A DNA stretch of 48,116 bases from Candidatus Phycocordibacter aenigmaticus (GCA_045401115.1 CP174359.1:1-48116); one strand, 5' to 3'; counted from the first letter of the stretch, positions 12,514 through 21,315 are shown. Translations and numbers: made by a program. The notes: generated by a model not told the origin, from the letters alone.

Positions 12514-13422
12514 CTATGATGCAAAGATGTCTTGCAAAAAATCAATACCGAGTTCAAAAAGAACACCAAATGAGCCGAGGAGTGTAGTGAGGAAACCAGC
12601 GATAAGATCGATACCTTGCATAAATATCGTTCCAAAGTAGCTTATTATTGCCCCCTGAGCCTCATCACTCACCGCCCCTGATGAGAATGCTGTATTAGCA
12701 TCCTGAGTGAATGACCATTCAGCAGGAACATGTGCACCACCTGCCATAACAATAAGTGTGATGATTAGTGCTACTGGTAGAAAATAACTAATAAAAACAT
12801 AGTTGTTTTCTGAAGGTTTTTTATTCTCGTATACTCGAGATTCCTTCAAAGGTGTGTGTGTTTCTTTTTGATGAGGTATTACCCCACCCATACTCTGTGA
12901 AGCATGTAATGACGATGTATGCACCAAGTTTTTATGAATGCGAGGTTGTATATGCGCTGTTCCTACCTTACGCGTCCCCTCTACTTTCTTCTGTACCGGT
13001 ACTATTCTTTCGTTATAAGGCGTATATTTCTCTTTCAGTGGTAAGTGAGCCGGAGCATCATCTTTAATATAGGTCACTGAGCTCCATGTATAGAGGACAT
13101 CGGGTTTTTCTGGTTGTTTATTCTGAGTATGAAGTGTATTTAACGGTATAGTGGTAGTAGCTTTGTCCTCTTTAAGGGGAGGACTTTCCTCGCCTGCATG
13201 TTCTTGATCATGTTGTTCTGATTCATCCTCGCATGCAGGAGTATCGATTCCTGCATGTTCGCGCAAGTCTGATTCATCTATATACCAAGAACGCCCAATT
13301 CGGGTTGCCGAGATTTTTCTATCGCGAGCGAGTTGTCCGACATAGTCTTGTGTATAGCCACTTATTTCTGCAGCTCGTTTAGACGAGATGTATGCTTGGC
13401 CGTTAATTTGTACTTCTTCCAT
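12514..13422 (-). CDS. HTH_17-like domain + TM protein
   Basis: HTH motif YISSKRAAEISGYTQDYVGQLARDRKISATRIGRSWYIDESDL; low-complexity linker; TM YFLPVALIITLIVMAGG. Start moved from the track's TTG at 13440 to ATG 13422, which lies 6 nt after a TACAAT -10. Confidence 0.85.
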   Translation of the reverse strand: MEEVQINGQAYISSKRAAEISGYTQDYVGQLARDRKISATRIGRSWYIDESDLREHAGIDTPACEDESEQHDQEHAGEESPPLKEDKATTTIPLNTLHTQNKQPEKPDVLYTWSSVTYIKDDAPAHLPLKEKYTPYNERIVPVQKKVEGTRKVGTAHIQPRIHKNLVHTSSLHASQSMGGVIPHQKETHTPLKESRVYENKKPSENNYVFISYFLPVALIITLIVMAGGAHVPAEWSFTQDANTAFSSGAVSDEAQGAIISYFGTIFMQGIDLIAGFLTTLLGSFGVLFELGIDFLQDIFAS

Positions 13423-13441
13423 AGCTCTATTGTAATACAAA

Positions 13442-13468
13442 AAGCCGCGACATGTGCTGTCGCGGCTT
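13442..13468 (-). terminator. Intrinsic terminator after gatB
   Basis: 11-bp stem AAGCCGCGACA/TGTCGCGGCTT, followed by a U run on the minus strand. Confidence 0.75.
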
Positions 13469-13484
13469 GTTTCTGTGTAGAAGT

Positions 13485-14897
13485 CTATTGTACGCCAAGC
13501 TCTTCTTTGATGAGTGTGGCGAGTTCTTTTGGATTAGCGGCTCCTTTTGATACCTTCATACCTTGCCCAATGAGAAATTGAATAACTGACTCTTTCCCCT
13601 GCTTGAGCTCTTCGGCAACCTCTGGGTTCTCTTTGATGACAGTTTGCGCATAGCCGCGAAGTGCTTCGGTGTCGTGCACCTGCATAAGGTTGCGTGCCTC
13701 AGCGATAGATTTCGCTCGCCCGCCCTTTTCAAGCATCTCAGTAAGAATATCTTTTGCGCCGCGTGATGATACTGAGTTTTCAGCAACCAAGTCAATGAGT
13801 TCCATAAATGCACCTCCTTCGAGATTGTGGAGTGCGTCTGCCATGCCACTTCCCCGCACGTCACTGAGTAAGTAGTTGGTTGCTGTTTTTATTTTTTGTA
13901 CATCATCAGTGCGTGCTAACACTTCGGCATCAAAGAATGCGCCGAATGTGCGGTCGAGTGTAAGCGTCACTGCATCGTCTTCTTTTACACCCAGTGCCGT
14001 GTACCGTTCTCGTTTTTCCCATGGAAGTTCAGGTAGGTCTGCTTTGAGTGTGTCGATATTAAACTCGGGAATATCGGACAGTTTTAGTTTTGGTAGATCA
14101 GGGTCTGGAAAGTAACGGTAGTCATGTGACTCTTCTTTCATACGTTGTGAAAATGTTGACTGTGAATTTTCGTCCCAGCCACGTGTTTCTTGTACGAGTG
14201 TACCTCCCTCTTCAAGCACTTGAGTATGTCGCTCGATTTCGTAGGCAACCGCACGTTCCATAGCTTTGAATGAGTTGAGATTTTTCACTTCGACTTTAGT
14301 GCCAAGTGTTGCGTCTTTTGATATTGAAATGTTCGCTTCAACGCGCATCTCCCCTTTCTCCATATTTGCATCAGACACACCAAGCGTGCGGAGCAGGAGC
14401 TGAAGTTCTTGAGCGAAACGACTGGCAGTCTCAGCATCGTGTATGACCGGCTCAGTCACCAGTTCCATCAGTGGTACACCAGCTCGGTTAAAGTCGACGA
14501 GACTATACGCCCCGTGTGTATGCTGACTACGCGCGGTATCTTCTTCAAGATGAATACGGGTTATCTCAACCCCCGCAAGAGACCCACCAGAGATTAATGG
14601 ATATTTATATTGACTGATTTGATACCCTTTTGGTAAGTCTGGGTAGAAATAGTTTTTACGATCAAATTCTGTATAGTCGGCAACGGTACCTTCAATAGCT
14701 GCACCAACACGTAGCACGTGTGCCACAGCCGACTTATTGATAACCGGCAATGTGCCAGGGAATGCCATACATACCGGACAGATATGTGTATTAGGTTCAC
14801 CAGCATGAGGGTCGTTCGCTGAACGACAGAACATTTTAGTCTTGGTCTTCAGTTCCGCGTGGATCTCTAGTCCTATTGTCGGGGTGTATTTTGCCAT
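13485..14897 (-). CDS. gatB: Asp-tRNA(Asn)/Glu-tRNA(Gln) amidotransferase subunit B
   Basis: IGLEIHAEL, RKNYFYPDLPKGYQISQY, HLEEDTA, DFNRAGVPLMELVTEP, EANISI, VEVKNLNSF, YRYFPDPDLP motifs. Confidence 0.98.
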   Translation of the reverse strand: MAKYTPTIGLEIHAELKTKTKMFCRSANDPHAGEPNTHICPVCMAFPGTLPVINKSAVAHVLRVGAAIEGTVADYTEFDRKNYFYPDLPKGYQISQYKYPLISGGSLAGVEITRIHLEEDTARSQHTHGAYSLVDFNRAGVPLMELVTEPVIHDAETASRFAQELQLLLRTLGVSDANMEKGEMRVEANISISKDATLGTKVEVKNLNSFKAMERAVAYEIERHTQVLEEGGTLVQETRGWDENSQSTFSQRMKEESHDYRYFPDPDLPKLKLSDIPEFNIDTLKADLPELPWEKRERYTALGVKEDDAVTLTLDRTFGAFFDAEVLARTDDVQKIKTATNYLLSDVRGSGMADALHNLEGGAFMELIDLVAENSVSSRGAKDILTEMLEKGGRAKSIAEARNLMQVHDTEALRGYAQTVIKENPEVAEELKQGKESVIQFLIGQGMKVSKGAANPKELATLIKEELGVQ

Positions 14898-15034
14898 GAA
14901 AAATTCGACTCTTTTTGAAATGAGGCTTTAAAACGACCTCTGGATAGTTAAATGATAGCACTCAGGAGGTGGCGAGTCTATGGAGTACCTACACCTATAT
15001 ATTCCTTTATTAATATGGGAATTATAGATACATT

Positions 15035-16060
15035 CTATACATCCTCTGAATCAGCCGTATCGTGATGTTTTTCTTTCTGCTCCTCTTCAAGTTTCTCTAA
15101 GAATTTAACGAGGGTATCTTGGGCGATTTTAAGGCGATCATCATCGATAGCGGAGACGGGAATAACCGAGGATCCTGAGCATGCTTCCAGCTCTTTGAGT
15201 TTTTCCTTCATCACTTCTTCTTCCACCTCATCTATTTTGGTAAGGAACACCATTTCCGGCTTCTCCAACAGCGCTTTATCGTAATCTGAAAGTTCATTAC
15301 GGATAGTGGTGTAGGTAGCGCACACATCTTCATTTTCAACGGAAACACAGTGTAAGAGTACACGAGTACGGGTAATGTGTCGTAAAAATGCATGACCAAG
15401 TCCCTTCCCTGTCGCAGCGCCTTCAATAAGGCCGGGAATGTCTGCAAGCACGAACCCAAACAACACACCAAGAGCCGGTTCAAGTGTCGTAAACGGATAG
15501 GCACCGACCTTGGCATTTCTGTTCGTAAAGGCATTCAAAAGTGTTGATTTGCCGGCGTTCGGCATACCCACGAAGCCAACGTCAGCGATAAGCCGCACTT
15601 CCACTTCGAGTGTCCCTGATTCACCATACTCACCTGGGATTGCTTTTTCGGGATACTGATTCGTTGATGATTTAAAGCGGGCGTTGCCATAGCCGCCGCG
15701 ACCACCTTTTAAAATGGTATGCTCCTCTCCTTCGACAGCAATATCCCATTCTCTTCCGGATTCAGTTTCTACTATACGAGACCCGACCGGCACATCAATG
15801 TATACCGGGACACCGTTCTTTCCTTCAAGTTCGTTCTTGGATCCGTCACCGCCGTCTTCAGCTTTAAATTCAGGGTTACCGCGGTAGCGTGACAGTATAT
15901 TCAAATCGCGTACCCCACGGAGAATTACATCACCACCGCGACCACCATCACCTCCTGCAGGCCCGCCAAAGGCTTTACTGCGCATGCGCAACCAGCGTAC
16001 GACACCGTCGCCGCCTTTACCTGCGGTCGCTTTGAGTGTTATTTCGTCTACAAATGCCAT
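15035..16060 (-). CDS. obgE: GTPase ObgE/CgtA
   Basis: FVDE...AGKGGDG, GGDGGRGGDV, ADVGFVGMPNAGKSTL, YPFTTL, ADIPGLIEGA, TKID motifs. Confidence 0.97.
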   Translation of the reverse strand: MAFVDEITLKATAGKGGDGVVRWLRMRSKAFGGPAGGDGGRGGDVILRGVRDLNILSRYRGNPEFKAEDGGDGSKNELEGKNGVPVYIDVPVGSRIVETESGREWDIAVEGEEHTILKGGRGGYGNARFKSSTNQYPEKAIPGEYGESGTLEVEVRLIADVGFVGMPNAGKSTLLNAFTNRNAKVGAYPFTTLEPALGVLFGFVLADIPGLIEGAATGKGLGHAFLRHITRTRVLLHCVSVENEDVCATYTTIRNELSDYDKALLEKPEMVFLTKIDEVEEEVMKEKLKELEACSGSSVIPVSAIDDDRLKIAQDTLVKFLEKLEEEQKEKHHDTADSEDV

Positions 16061-16065
16061 AAATT

Positions 16066-16220
16066 TAGTAAGTGGGAGGTGGAATGTGGTAAGTGGTTCA
16101 TGGGAAATAGAATGTGGTTAATAGTTAGAAGGTGGTAGGTGGTAAGTGGAAGGTGGTTAAGAGTTAGAAGGTAGAATGTGGTAGGTGGGAGGTAGAAGGT
16201 GGGAGGTGGTAAGTGGGGTG
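16066..16220. repeat. Degenerate heptamer tandem array (TRGNARG), ~21 units, filling the intergenic space between the four-helix-bundle gene and obgE
   Basis: TAGTAAG TGGGAGG TGGAATG TGGTAAG TGGTTCA TGGGAAA TAGAATG TGGTTAA (tagt) TAGAAGG TGGTAGG TGGTAAG TGGAAGG TGGTTAA (gagt) TAGAAGG TAGAATG TGGTAGG TGGGAGG TAGAAGG TGGGAGG TGGTAAG TGGGGTG. Confidence 0.93.
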
Positions 16221-16583
16221 TTATTTTAGTTTTTTGATGAGTGTACTTAACATTTTTTGTACAGAGGAAAGAGTGTCGTAAATAGGTTTAATATCCTTCC
16301 TATGATAGATCTGTTCCGCAAGAATGAGCTGTGTTTCCAATTCTGCGGCCGATCCGGCTGCAATACCCAGAAATCGCCTAAAATCCTTTTTACTTTCTCG
16401 TCTTGCACCCTCAGCAATATTAGACGGTATCGACACGGCGCACCGTCGCATCTGACTCACTAAACCATATTGCTCCTCTTGGGGCAAATCCTGCGTAAAA
16501 TCATATACCGCGGCTGCGAGCTCTATCGCAGACTGCCATACTCGCAAACTACGGAAGGCGCTCTGTACATTACCATCTTCCAT
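16221..16583 (-). CDS. Four helix bundle protein (23S rRNA intervening-sequence protein / Avd-like family)
   Basis: 120 aa with the family signature FRSLRVWQSAIEL...YGLVSQMRRCAVSIPSNIAEG...FRRFLGIAAGSAAELETQL. Confidence 0.95.
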   Translation of the reverse strand: MEDGNVQSAFRSLRVWQSAIELAAAVYDFTQDLPQEEQYGLVSQMRRCAVSIPSNIAEGARRESKKDFRRFLGIAAGSAAELETQLILAEQIYHRKDIKPIYDTLSSVQKMLSTLIKKLK

Positions 16584-16609
16584 ACTATATATTGTACCGC
16601 CTCATTTAA

Positions 16610-16680
16610 CTACTTTTGTAGTTTCCACCTTCTACTTCTGGTCTCTACATTCTACCTACTACTTTCTACCTACCATTCTG
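16610..16680. repeat. Heptamer array (~9 units) in inverted orientation, upstream of the four-helix-bundle and holin-family genes
   Basis: Reverse complement reads CAGAATG GTAGG TAGAAAG TAGTAGG TAGAATG TAGAGAC CAGAAG TAGAAGG TGGAAAC. Confidence 0.85.
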
Positions 16681-16693
16681 CTACAATAGGATT

Positions 16694-17026
16694 ATGAATA
16701 TCTTTTCGCGGTTTTTAGGGACAATACTTGCGCTTCTTTTAAGTGCCTACGTCATTGAAGGGTTCATTGTTGAGAGCCTTTATGCGGCGGCTATTGTGGC
16801 GGTAATGCTCGCTATTATAAATATTACACTGAAGCCAATAGTACTGTTGATTGCGCTGCCACTGCAGGTGCTCACACTCGGACTGTTTACATTTATTGTA
16901 AACGCGCTGTTCCTGCTCTTTGTGGCGAGCTTCGTACAAGGTTTTGCTATTGCGGGTTTTGTCCCTGCCCTCTTTGGCGCACTGGTTATCGCAGCGACAC
17001 TGTGGGTGCTTGATATCTTTTTCTAA
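16694..17026 (+). CDS. Phage holin family (4-TM, DUF360/YvlD-like) membrane protein
   Basis: 110 aa, four hydrophobic segments; motif N..LKPI...IALPL..LTLGLF..IVNA. Confidence 0.9.
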   Translation: MNIFSRFLGTILALLLSAYVIEGFIVESLYAAAIVAVMLAIINITLKPIVLLIALPLQVLTLGLFTFIVNALFLLFVASFVQGFAIAGFVPALFGALVIAATLWVLDIFF

Positions 17027-17049
17027 TACACAGCCTTAATGGACAGTTT

Positions 17050-17082
17050 AAGAAATGTTGGACGTCGGTACCAACATTTCTT
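17050..17082. repeat. Palindrome-family hairpin (degenerate GGACGTC-G-GAC core)
   Basis: AAGAAATGTTGG acgtcggta CCAACATTTCTT. Confidence 0.7.
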
Positions 17083-17090
17083 TAAGGAAA

Positions 17091-17126
17091 AAAACAAAAA
17101 CGCGCCGGGTGGCGCGTTTTTGTTTT
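17091..17126. terminator. Bidirectional intrinsic terminator between the convergent holin-family and secA genes
   Basis: AAAACAAAAACGCGCC gggt GGCGCGTTTTTGTTTT; A/T tracts on both sides. Confidence 0.85.
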
Positions 17127-17136
17127 CTCTTGCTGG

Positions 17137-19617
17137 TTATTTTTTATCGGTGATTCTCCACCCTTGTTTAAGCAGCGACTCTGCTTTTTTAAATTTCATT
17201 TCTTTCGTTTGAGCGCCATCGGTGATTGTTACAACGTCGTTGCGTCCGAACTTGGTCGAGCCATTGTTTTGTTCAACCACAATAGGGTCAATCTTTATCG
17301 GCTCAGCGCCGATGCGTGGGATTCCTTCAGCAATAAACTGTGAAAGGTTTGCTTCGAGGTCGCGGAAGAGGCGGAGTCCTTCTTTGCGATATTCAATAAA
17401 TGGGTCTCTGCCGCCATATGAACGTAGGTTCACTGAAGAGCGGAGGTAATCCATAGTTTCGAGGTGTTCAATCCAGAGCAAGTCATACGCTTGCAACATA
17501 GAGCGACGGACACCACGCACGAGGACCTCTTTGCCGAGTTCCTGCTCTTTCTCGCCGAGCATTTTCTCTGGGTCAACACCAGCTTGTGTTAAATGATTTC
17601 TTGCTGCTTCAAGGACCGCCTCGTCATCACCGGCGAGAATATCGCGGCGGCGTGCGTAAAGTGTTTGTCGTTGGTGGTTAAGCACATCGTCAAAACCGAG
17701 GACATGTTTACGTGCGTCAAAGTTTACGCCTTCGATTTTTTCTTGTGCTGACTCAAGTGAGCGCGAGATCATGCGGTTTTGAATTGGTTCGTCTTCTGCG
17801 ATACCGAGGCGGCCCATGAGACTCTTTACCGCACCTGAGGCAAACACGCGCATGAGTTTATCTTCAAGCGATACAAAGAACTGTGTCTCGCCAGGGTCTC
17901 CTTGACGACCCGCACGACCACGGAGTTGGTTATCAATACGGCGCGCATCGTGGCGCTCGGTACCGGCTACATAAAGCCCGCCGAGTTCTTTTACTTTTTC
18001 ATAGTCGCCTTCCGGTGCGGGGTTACCACCGAGTTTGATGTCCACACCACGCCCGGCGAGGTTTGTTGCGATAACGACCGCACCAACACGCCCCGCCTGT
18101 GCAATAATTTCACCTTCACGTTCGTGGTTTTTTGCGTTCAACATTTCATGCGGAATCCCCTCTTTTTTGAAAAGATCAGCAAGACGTTCATTAACCTCAA
18201 TAGAAGTGGTACCGATAAGTACGGGTTGTCCTTTTTTATTACGCTCTTTTATTTCACGCGCGAGTGCGGTAAATTTGCCGTTTTCGGTTTGGTAAATGAG
18301 GTCATCGTGGTCAACACGTGCTACTGGGCGGTGGGTAGGAATGGGTACCACATCAAGGTTATAGACCGAGCGGAACTCTTCTTGTGAAGTAAGGCCGGTA
18401 CCGGTCATACCTGCGGTCTTTTCATACATACGGAAATAGTTTTGGAACGTCACACTGGCGTACGTTTGGCTTTCGCGCTGTACAGTAATACCTTCTTTGG
18501 CTTCAATAGCTTGGTGGAGCCCTTCTGACCATCGACGGCCCGGCTGCAGACGCCCGGTGAACTCGTCGACAATAACGATACTGTCATCTTTGACGACGTA
18601 GTCTTTGTCACGTGCAAACAACGCATGCGCTTTTACCGCAGCATCGAGGTGATGGACATACTTAATCCCACCTTCGGCATACATGTTTTCAATGCCAAGC
18701 GCTTTCTCTGCCTTTTCAATACCTGAGTCAGTCAGTTGTACTGCGCGTTGTTTTTCGTCAACAGTGAAGTCCTCTTCCGGTTTGAGGCGTGTAGCAATTT
18801 GGGCAAACGTTTGATACAGATCTTCTGGGTCACGCGCTGGACCTGAAATAATGAGCGGCGTTCGTGCTTCGTCAATTAAAATAGAGTCTACTTCGTCGAT
18901 AATAGCGAAGTGGTGCCCACCTTCGTCTGGTGCACGTTGGCGTAGTTCCTCTTTTGAGTACACAAGGTTGTCGCGGAGATAGTCAAAGCCGAATTCATTA
19001 TTAGTACCATACGTAATATCAGCACGATACGCTTCGGCGCGCGTACATGGTCGTAGGTAGTCATTGACTACTTTAAAACTTCCCTGTTCGTCGCGTTCTT
19101 CATCAGTTTCTTCATTCGTATGTGTTGGGTCATACATGAATGACGCGTCATGGTTGAGTATACCCACCGAAAGACCAAGTGCGTGATAGATTTGTCCCAT
19201 CCATATTGCGTCACGTTGCGCAAGGTAATCGTTTACAGTAATGACATGTACTCCTTTACCACTGAGCGCATTCACATAGACTGGTAATGTTCCAACGAGT
19301 GTCTTACCTTCACCGGTACGCATCTCAGCGATACCGCGGTTATGCAGCACATACCCACCAATGATTTGTACGTCATAGTGACGCTCGCCGAGTTGCCGAT
19401 GTGCGACTTCGCGTACTGCAGCAAATGCTTCAGGGAGAAAACTTTCAAGCGTCTGACCGTTTTTGATTCTTTCCTTAAACTCATGAGTGAGTGCAGTGAG
19501 TTCTTCATCAGACCGTTTTTGCATCGCCTCCTCATATGCCGCTACCTGAGGCACCATCTTTTCCCCCTCTTTTAAGAGCGGACTTTGGGAATTTATAAAC
19601 TTAGAGAAAAATTTCAT
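17137..19617 (-). CDS. secA: Preprotein translocase subunit SecA
   Basis: EMRTGEGKTL, HVITVNDYLAQRD, DEVDSILIDEARTPLIISG, GRRWSEGLHQAIEAKE, GTERHDARRIDNQLRGRAGRQGDPG motifs. Confidence 0.99.
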   Translation of the reverse strand: MKFFSKFINSQSPLLKEGEKMVPQVAAYEEAMQKRSDEELTALTHEFKERIKNGQTLESFLPEAFAAVREVAHRQLGERHYDVQIIGGYVLHNRGIAEMRTGEGKTLVGTLPVYVNALSGKGVHVITVNDYLAQRDAIWMGQIYHALGLSVGILNHDASFMYDPTHTNEETDEERDEQGSFKVVNDYLRPCTRAEAYRADITYGTNNEFGFDYLRDNLVYSKEELRQRAPDEGGHHFAIIDEVDSILIDEARTPLIISGPARDPEDLYQTFAQIATRLKPEEDFTVDEKQRAVQLTDSGIEKAEKALGIENMYAEGGIKYVHHLDAAVKAHALFARDKDYVVKDDSIVIVDEFTGRLQPGRRWSEGLHQAIEAKEGITVQRESQTYASVTFQNYFRMYEKTAGMTGTGLTSQEEFRSVYNLDVVPIPTHRPVARVDHDDLIYQTENGKFTALAREIKERNKKGQPVLIGTTSIEVNERLADLFKKEGIPHEMLNAKNHEREGEIIAQAGRVGAVVIATNLAGRGVDIKLGGNPAPEGDYEKVKELGGLYVAGTERHDARRIDNQLRGRAGRQGDPGETQFFVSLEDKLMRVFASGAVKSLMGRLGIAEDEPIQNRMISRSLESAQEKIEGVNFDARKHVLGFDDVLNHQRQTLYARRRDILAGDDEAVLEAARNHLTQAGVDPEKMLGEKEQELGKEVLVRGVRRSMLQAYDLLWIEHLETMDYLRSSVNLRSYGGRDPFIEYRKEGLRLFRDLEANLSQFIAEGIPRIGAEPIKIDPIVVEQNNGSTKFGRNDVVTITDGAQTKEMKFKKAESLLKQGWRITDKK

Positions 19618-19626
19618 TGTTCGCGC

Positions 19627-19635
19627 ATTATAACA
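19627..19635 (-). promoter_or_regulatory. Extended -10 promoter element of secA
   Basis: TGTTATAAT, 9 nt upstream of the ATG. Confidence 0.7.
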
Positions 19636-19649
19636 ACTGAATGCTTATT

Positions 19650-19683
19650 ATAAAAACGCTCCTTATATAAGGAGCGTTTTTAT
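19650..19683 (-). terminator. Perfect 34-bp palindrome; likely terminator of the H1-like gene
   Basis: ATAAAAACGCTCCTTAT/ATAAGGAGCGTTTTTAT. Confidence 0.75.
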
Positions 19684-19704
19684 TTCTAAGCGGGCAAGAA
19701 AAGC

Positions 19705-20007
19705 TTATCGCTTGCGGCGACGAGCTGTCTTCTTAGCAGGTTTACGCTTAGCAGCTTTCTTTGCTGCTGGCTTACGCTTCGCTGCTTTTTTAGCAGGTTT
19801 ACGCTTTGCCGCCTTCTTAGCTGGCTTTCGTTTTGCCGCCTTCTTAGCTGCTGGTTTTCGCTTTGCTGCTTTTTTTGCTGCTGGCTTACGCTTTGCAGTT
19901 TTCTTAGCAGGTTTGCGACGTGCAACTTTCTTTGCTGGCTTACGAGCTGCTGCCTTTTTAGCAGCTTTCTTAGGAGCTGCTTTTTTTGCTGTTCGACGTC
20001 GTTTCAT
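19705..20007 (-). CDS. Histone H1-like Lys/Ala/Arg/Pro-rich basic protein
   Basis: 100 aa made almost entirely of K(R)KP(A)AKKAA repeats. DNA repeats differ at synonymous positions. Followed by its own terminator. Confidence 0.82.
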   Translation of the reverse strand: MKRRRTAKKAAPKKAAKKAAARKPAKKVARRKPAKKTAKRKPAAKKAAKRKPAAKKAAKRKPAKKAAKRKPAKKAAKRKPAAKKAAKRKPAKKTARRRKR

Positions 20008-20310
20008 ACTAGTTCAAAGTTTTTGAATTACTAACTAACTTCCAACTTGTATCGTGCGAACCACTCGACCTTAATGCAACAAAAAACTTTTTTACTAAAA
20101 ACAAAAAATATTTTTTGTTGTTTTGCGTGCCCACATACAAGCTTCTTTAATTATGCGTTGCAAATATGCAACGACAACAAAATAAAAAAGTTTTTGTGGA
20201 TAACAAAAAATATTTTTGAAAAACTTTTTGTAAAAATTTTTAATGTAAATGTGTCTTTTTATTTTTTGTTTTTGTTTTTTAAAAAACGTAATTTTGTTTT
20301 TTACTTTTTT

Positions 20311-21315
20311 TCACATCACGCGCACTTCCGGAGTGATGTGAAGTTTGGTTGTGATGAACACTTTTCTTTGCACGTCACGCATTAATGCGCGTACATCATT
20401 TGCAGTAGCGCCATCTTCAGTAGCAAGCACCAATGGTTGTTTGTCCCACACCAATGCACCGCCCACACGCATACCTTTAGCGCCCACCACATGGTCAAGC
20501 AACCACGCAAGTGGTATCTTCACTCCCCCTTCAGGTAGTGAGAAGATTGGCATACGTGGATACGTGTTTTGGAATATACTCGCCTCTGCTTCAGGAAGAA
20601 CGGGATTTAAAAAGAATGAGCCGGCGCTCCCATACGCACCGCTTTCAGGAAATTTATTTTTTCGTATTGCGCATACGGCATCGCGCACCTCTCCTGCGCT
20701 TGGCGTGTTCTTGTCTTTAAAGTGTTCCTCTAGGTCACGGTAGTCGAGACATGGCGCGGGGGTGCGTGAAAGTCGAAATGTAGCGGAAAGAATTGTATAA
20801 CGCGGTACGTGCATTTTAAATATACTGGTTCGGTAATCAAATGCGCAGTCTTCGTTTTTAATCGTGCGTTCACGTCTGTCTTTATGATCATAGACATCTA
20901 CAGACACGCATGTTTCTGAAAGCGCCGCACCATACGCACCAATGTTTTGAAACACTGCACCGCCAACCGTTCCTGGAATGGCGGAAAGATTTTCAATACC
21001 CCACCATTCATTTTCTACAGTGTGTGCGACAAACACATCCCAGTTCGTGCCTGCATCAACATGCACTAACACTTCTTCAGTATCAATATCGGCGTGCGTT
21101 ATTTTTTGAAACTCCATGCGATACACCACGCCAGTGTACGGTTCATCTTTTGCCAACACGTTTGACCCACCGCCAAGTATAAAAAAATCATTCCGCTCTG
21201 CTTCGAGTGCACGAATACATTCTGCTCGTGTTTCTGGCACTATGACACGGCGCGCTTCGCCGCCCACCTTTAGTGTGGTGAGATCCTTAAACAGTAAGTC
21301 TTGGTGCGTATGCAT
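20311..21315 (-). CDS. murB: UDP-N-acetylmuramate dehydrogenase
   Basis: TTLKVGGEA, ILGGGSNVL, ENLSAIPGTVGGAVFQNIGAYG, FDYRTSIFK, GSAGSFFLNP motifs. ATG at 21315 preferred over the track's TTG at 21321. Confidence 0.96.
   Translation of the reverse strand: MHTHQDLLFKDLTTLKVGGEARRVIVPETRAECIRALEAERNDFFILGGGSNVLAKDEPYTGVVYRMEFQKITHADIDTEEVLVHVDAGTNWDVFVAHTVENEWWGIENLSAIPGTVGGAVFQNIGAYGAALSETCVSVDVYDHKDRRERTIKNEDCAFDYRTSIFKMHVPRYTILSATFRLSRTPAPCLDYRDLEEHFKDKNTPSAGEVRDAVCAIRKNKFPESGAYGSAGSFFLNPVLPEAEASIFQNTYPRMPIFSLPEGGVKIPLAWLLDHVVGAKGMRVGGALVWDKQPLVLATEDGATANDVRALMRDVQRKVFITTKLHITPEVRVM

Noticed and set aside
14945-14976. Possible heptamer remnants upstream of gatB (TAGTTAA, CAGGAGG TGGCGAG)
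   Set aside because: Too few and too degenerate to separate from chance.
16221-16583. Diversity-generating retroelement or 23S rRNA intervening sequence
   Set aside because: No reverse transcriptase, no TR/VR pair with adenine-specific differences noticed, and no rRNA sequence around the gene in this window.
16694-17026. Prophage signalled by the holin-family gene
   Set aside because: No other phage genes nearby; this 4-TM family is commonly chromosomal and it sits between housekeeping genes.
20047-20310. Replication origin
   Set aside because: Only one DnaA box, no dnaA/dnaN nearby; the AT-rich ORF 20047-20385 is also judged spurious.
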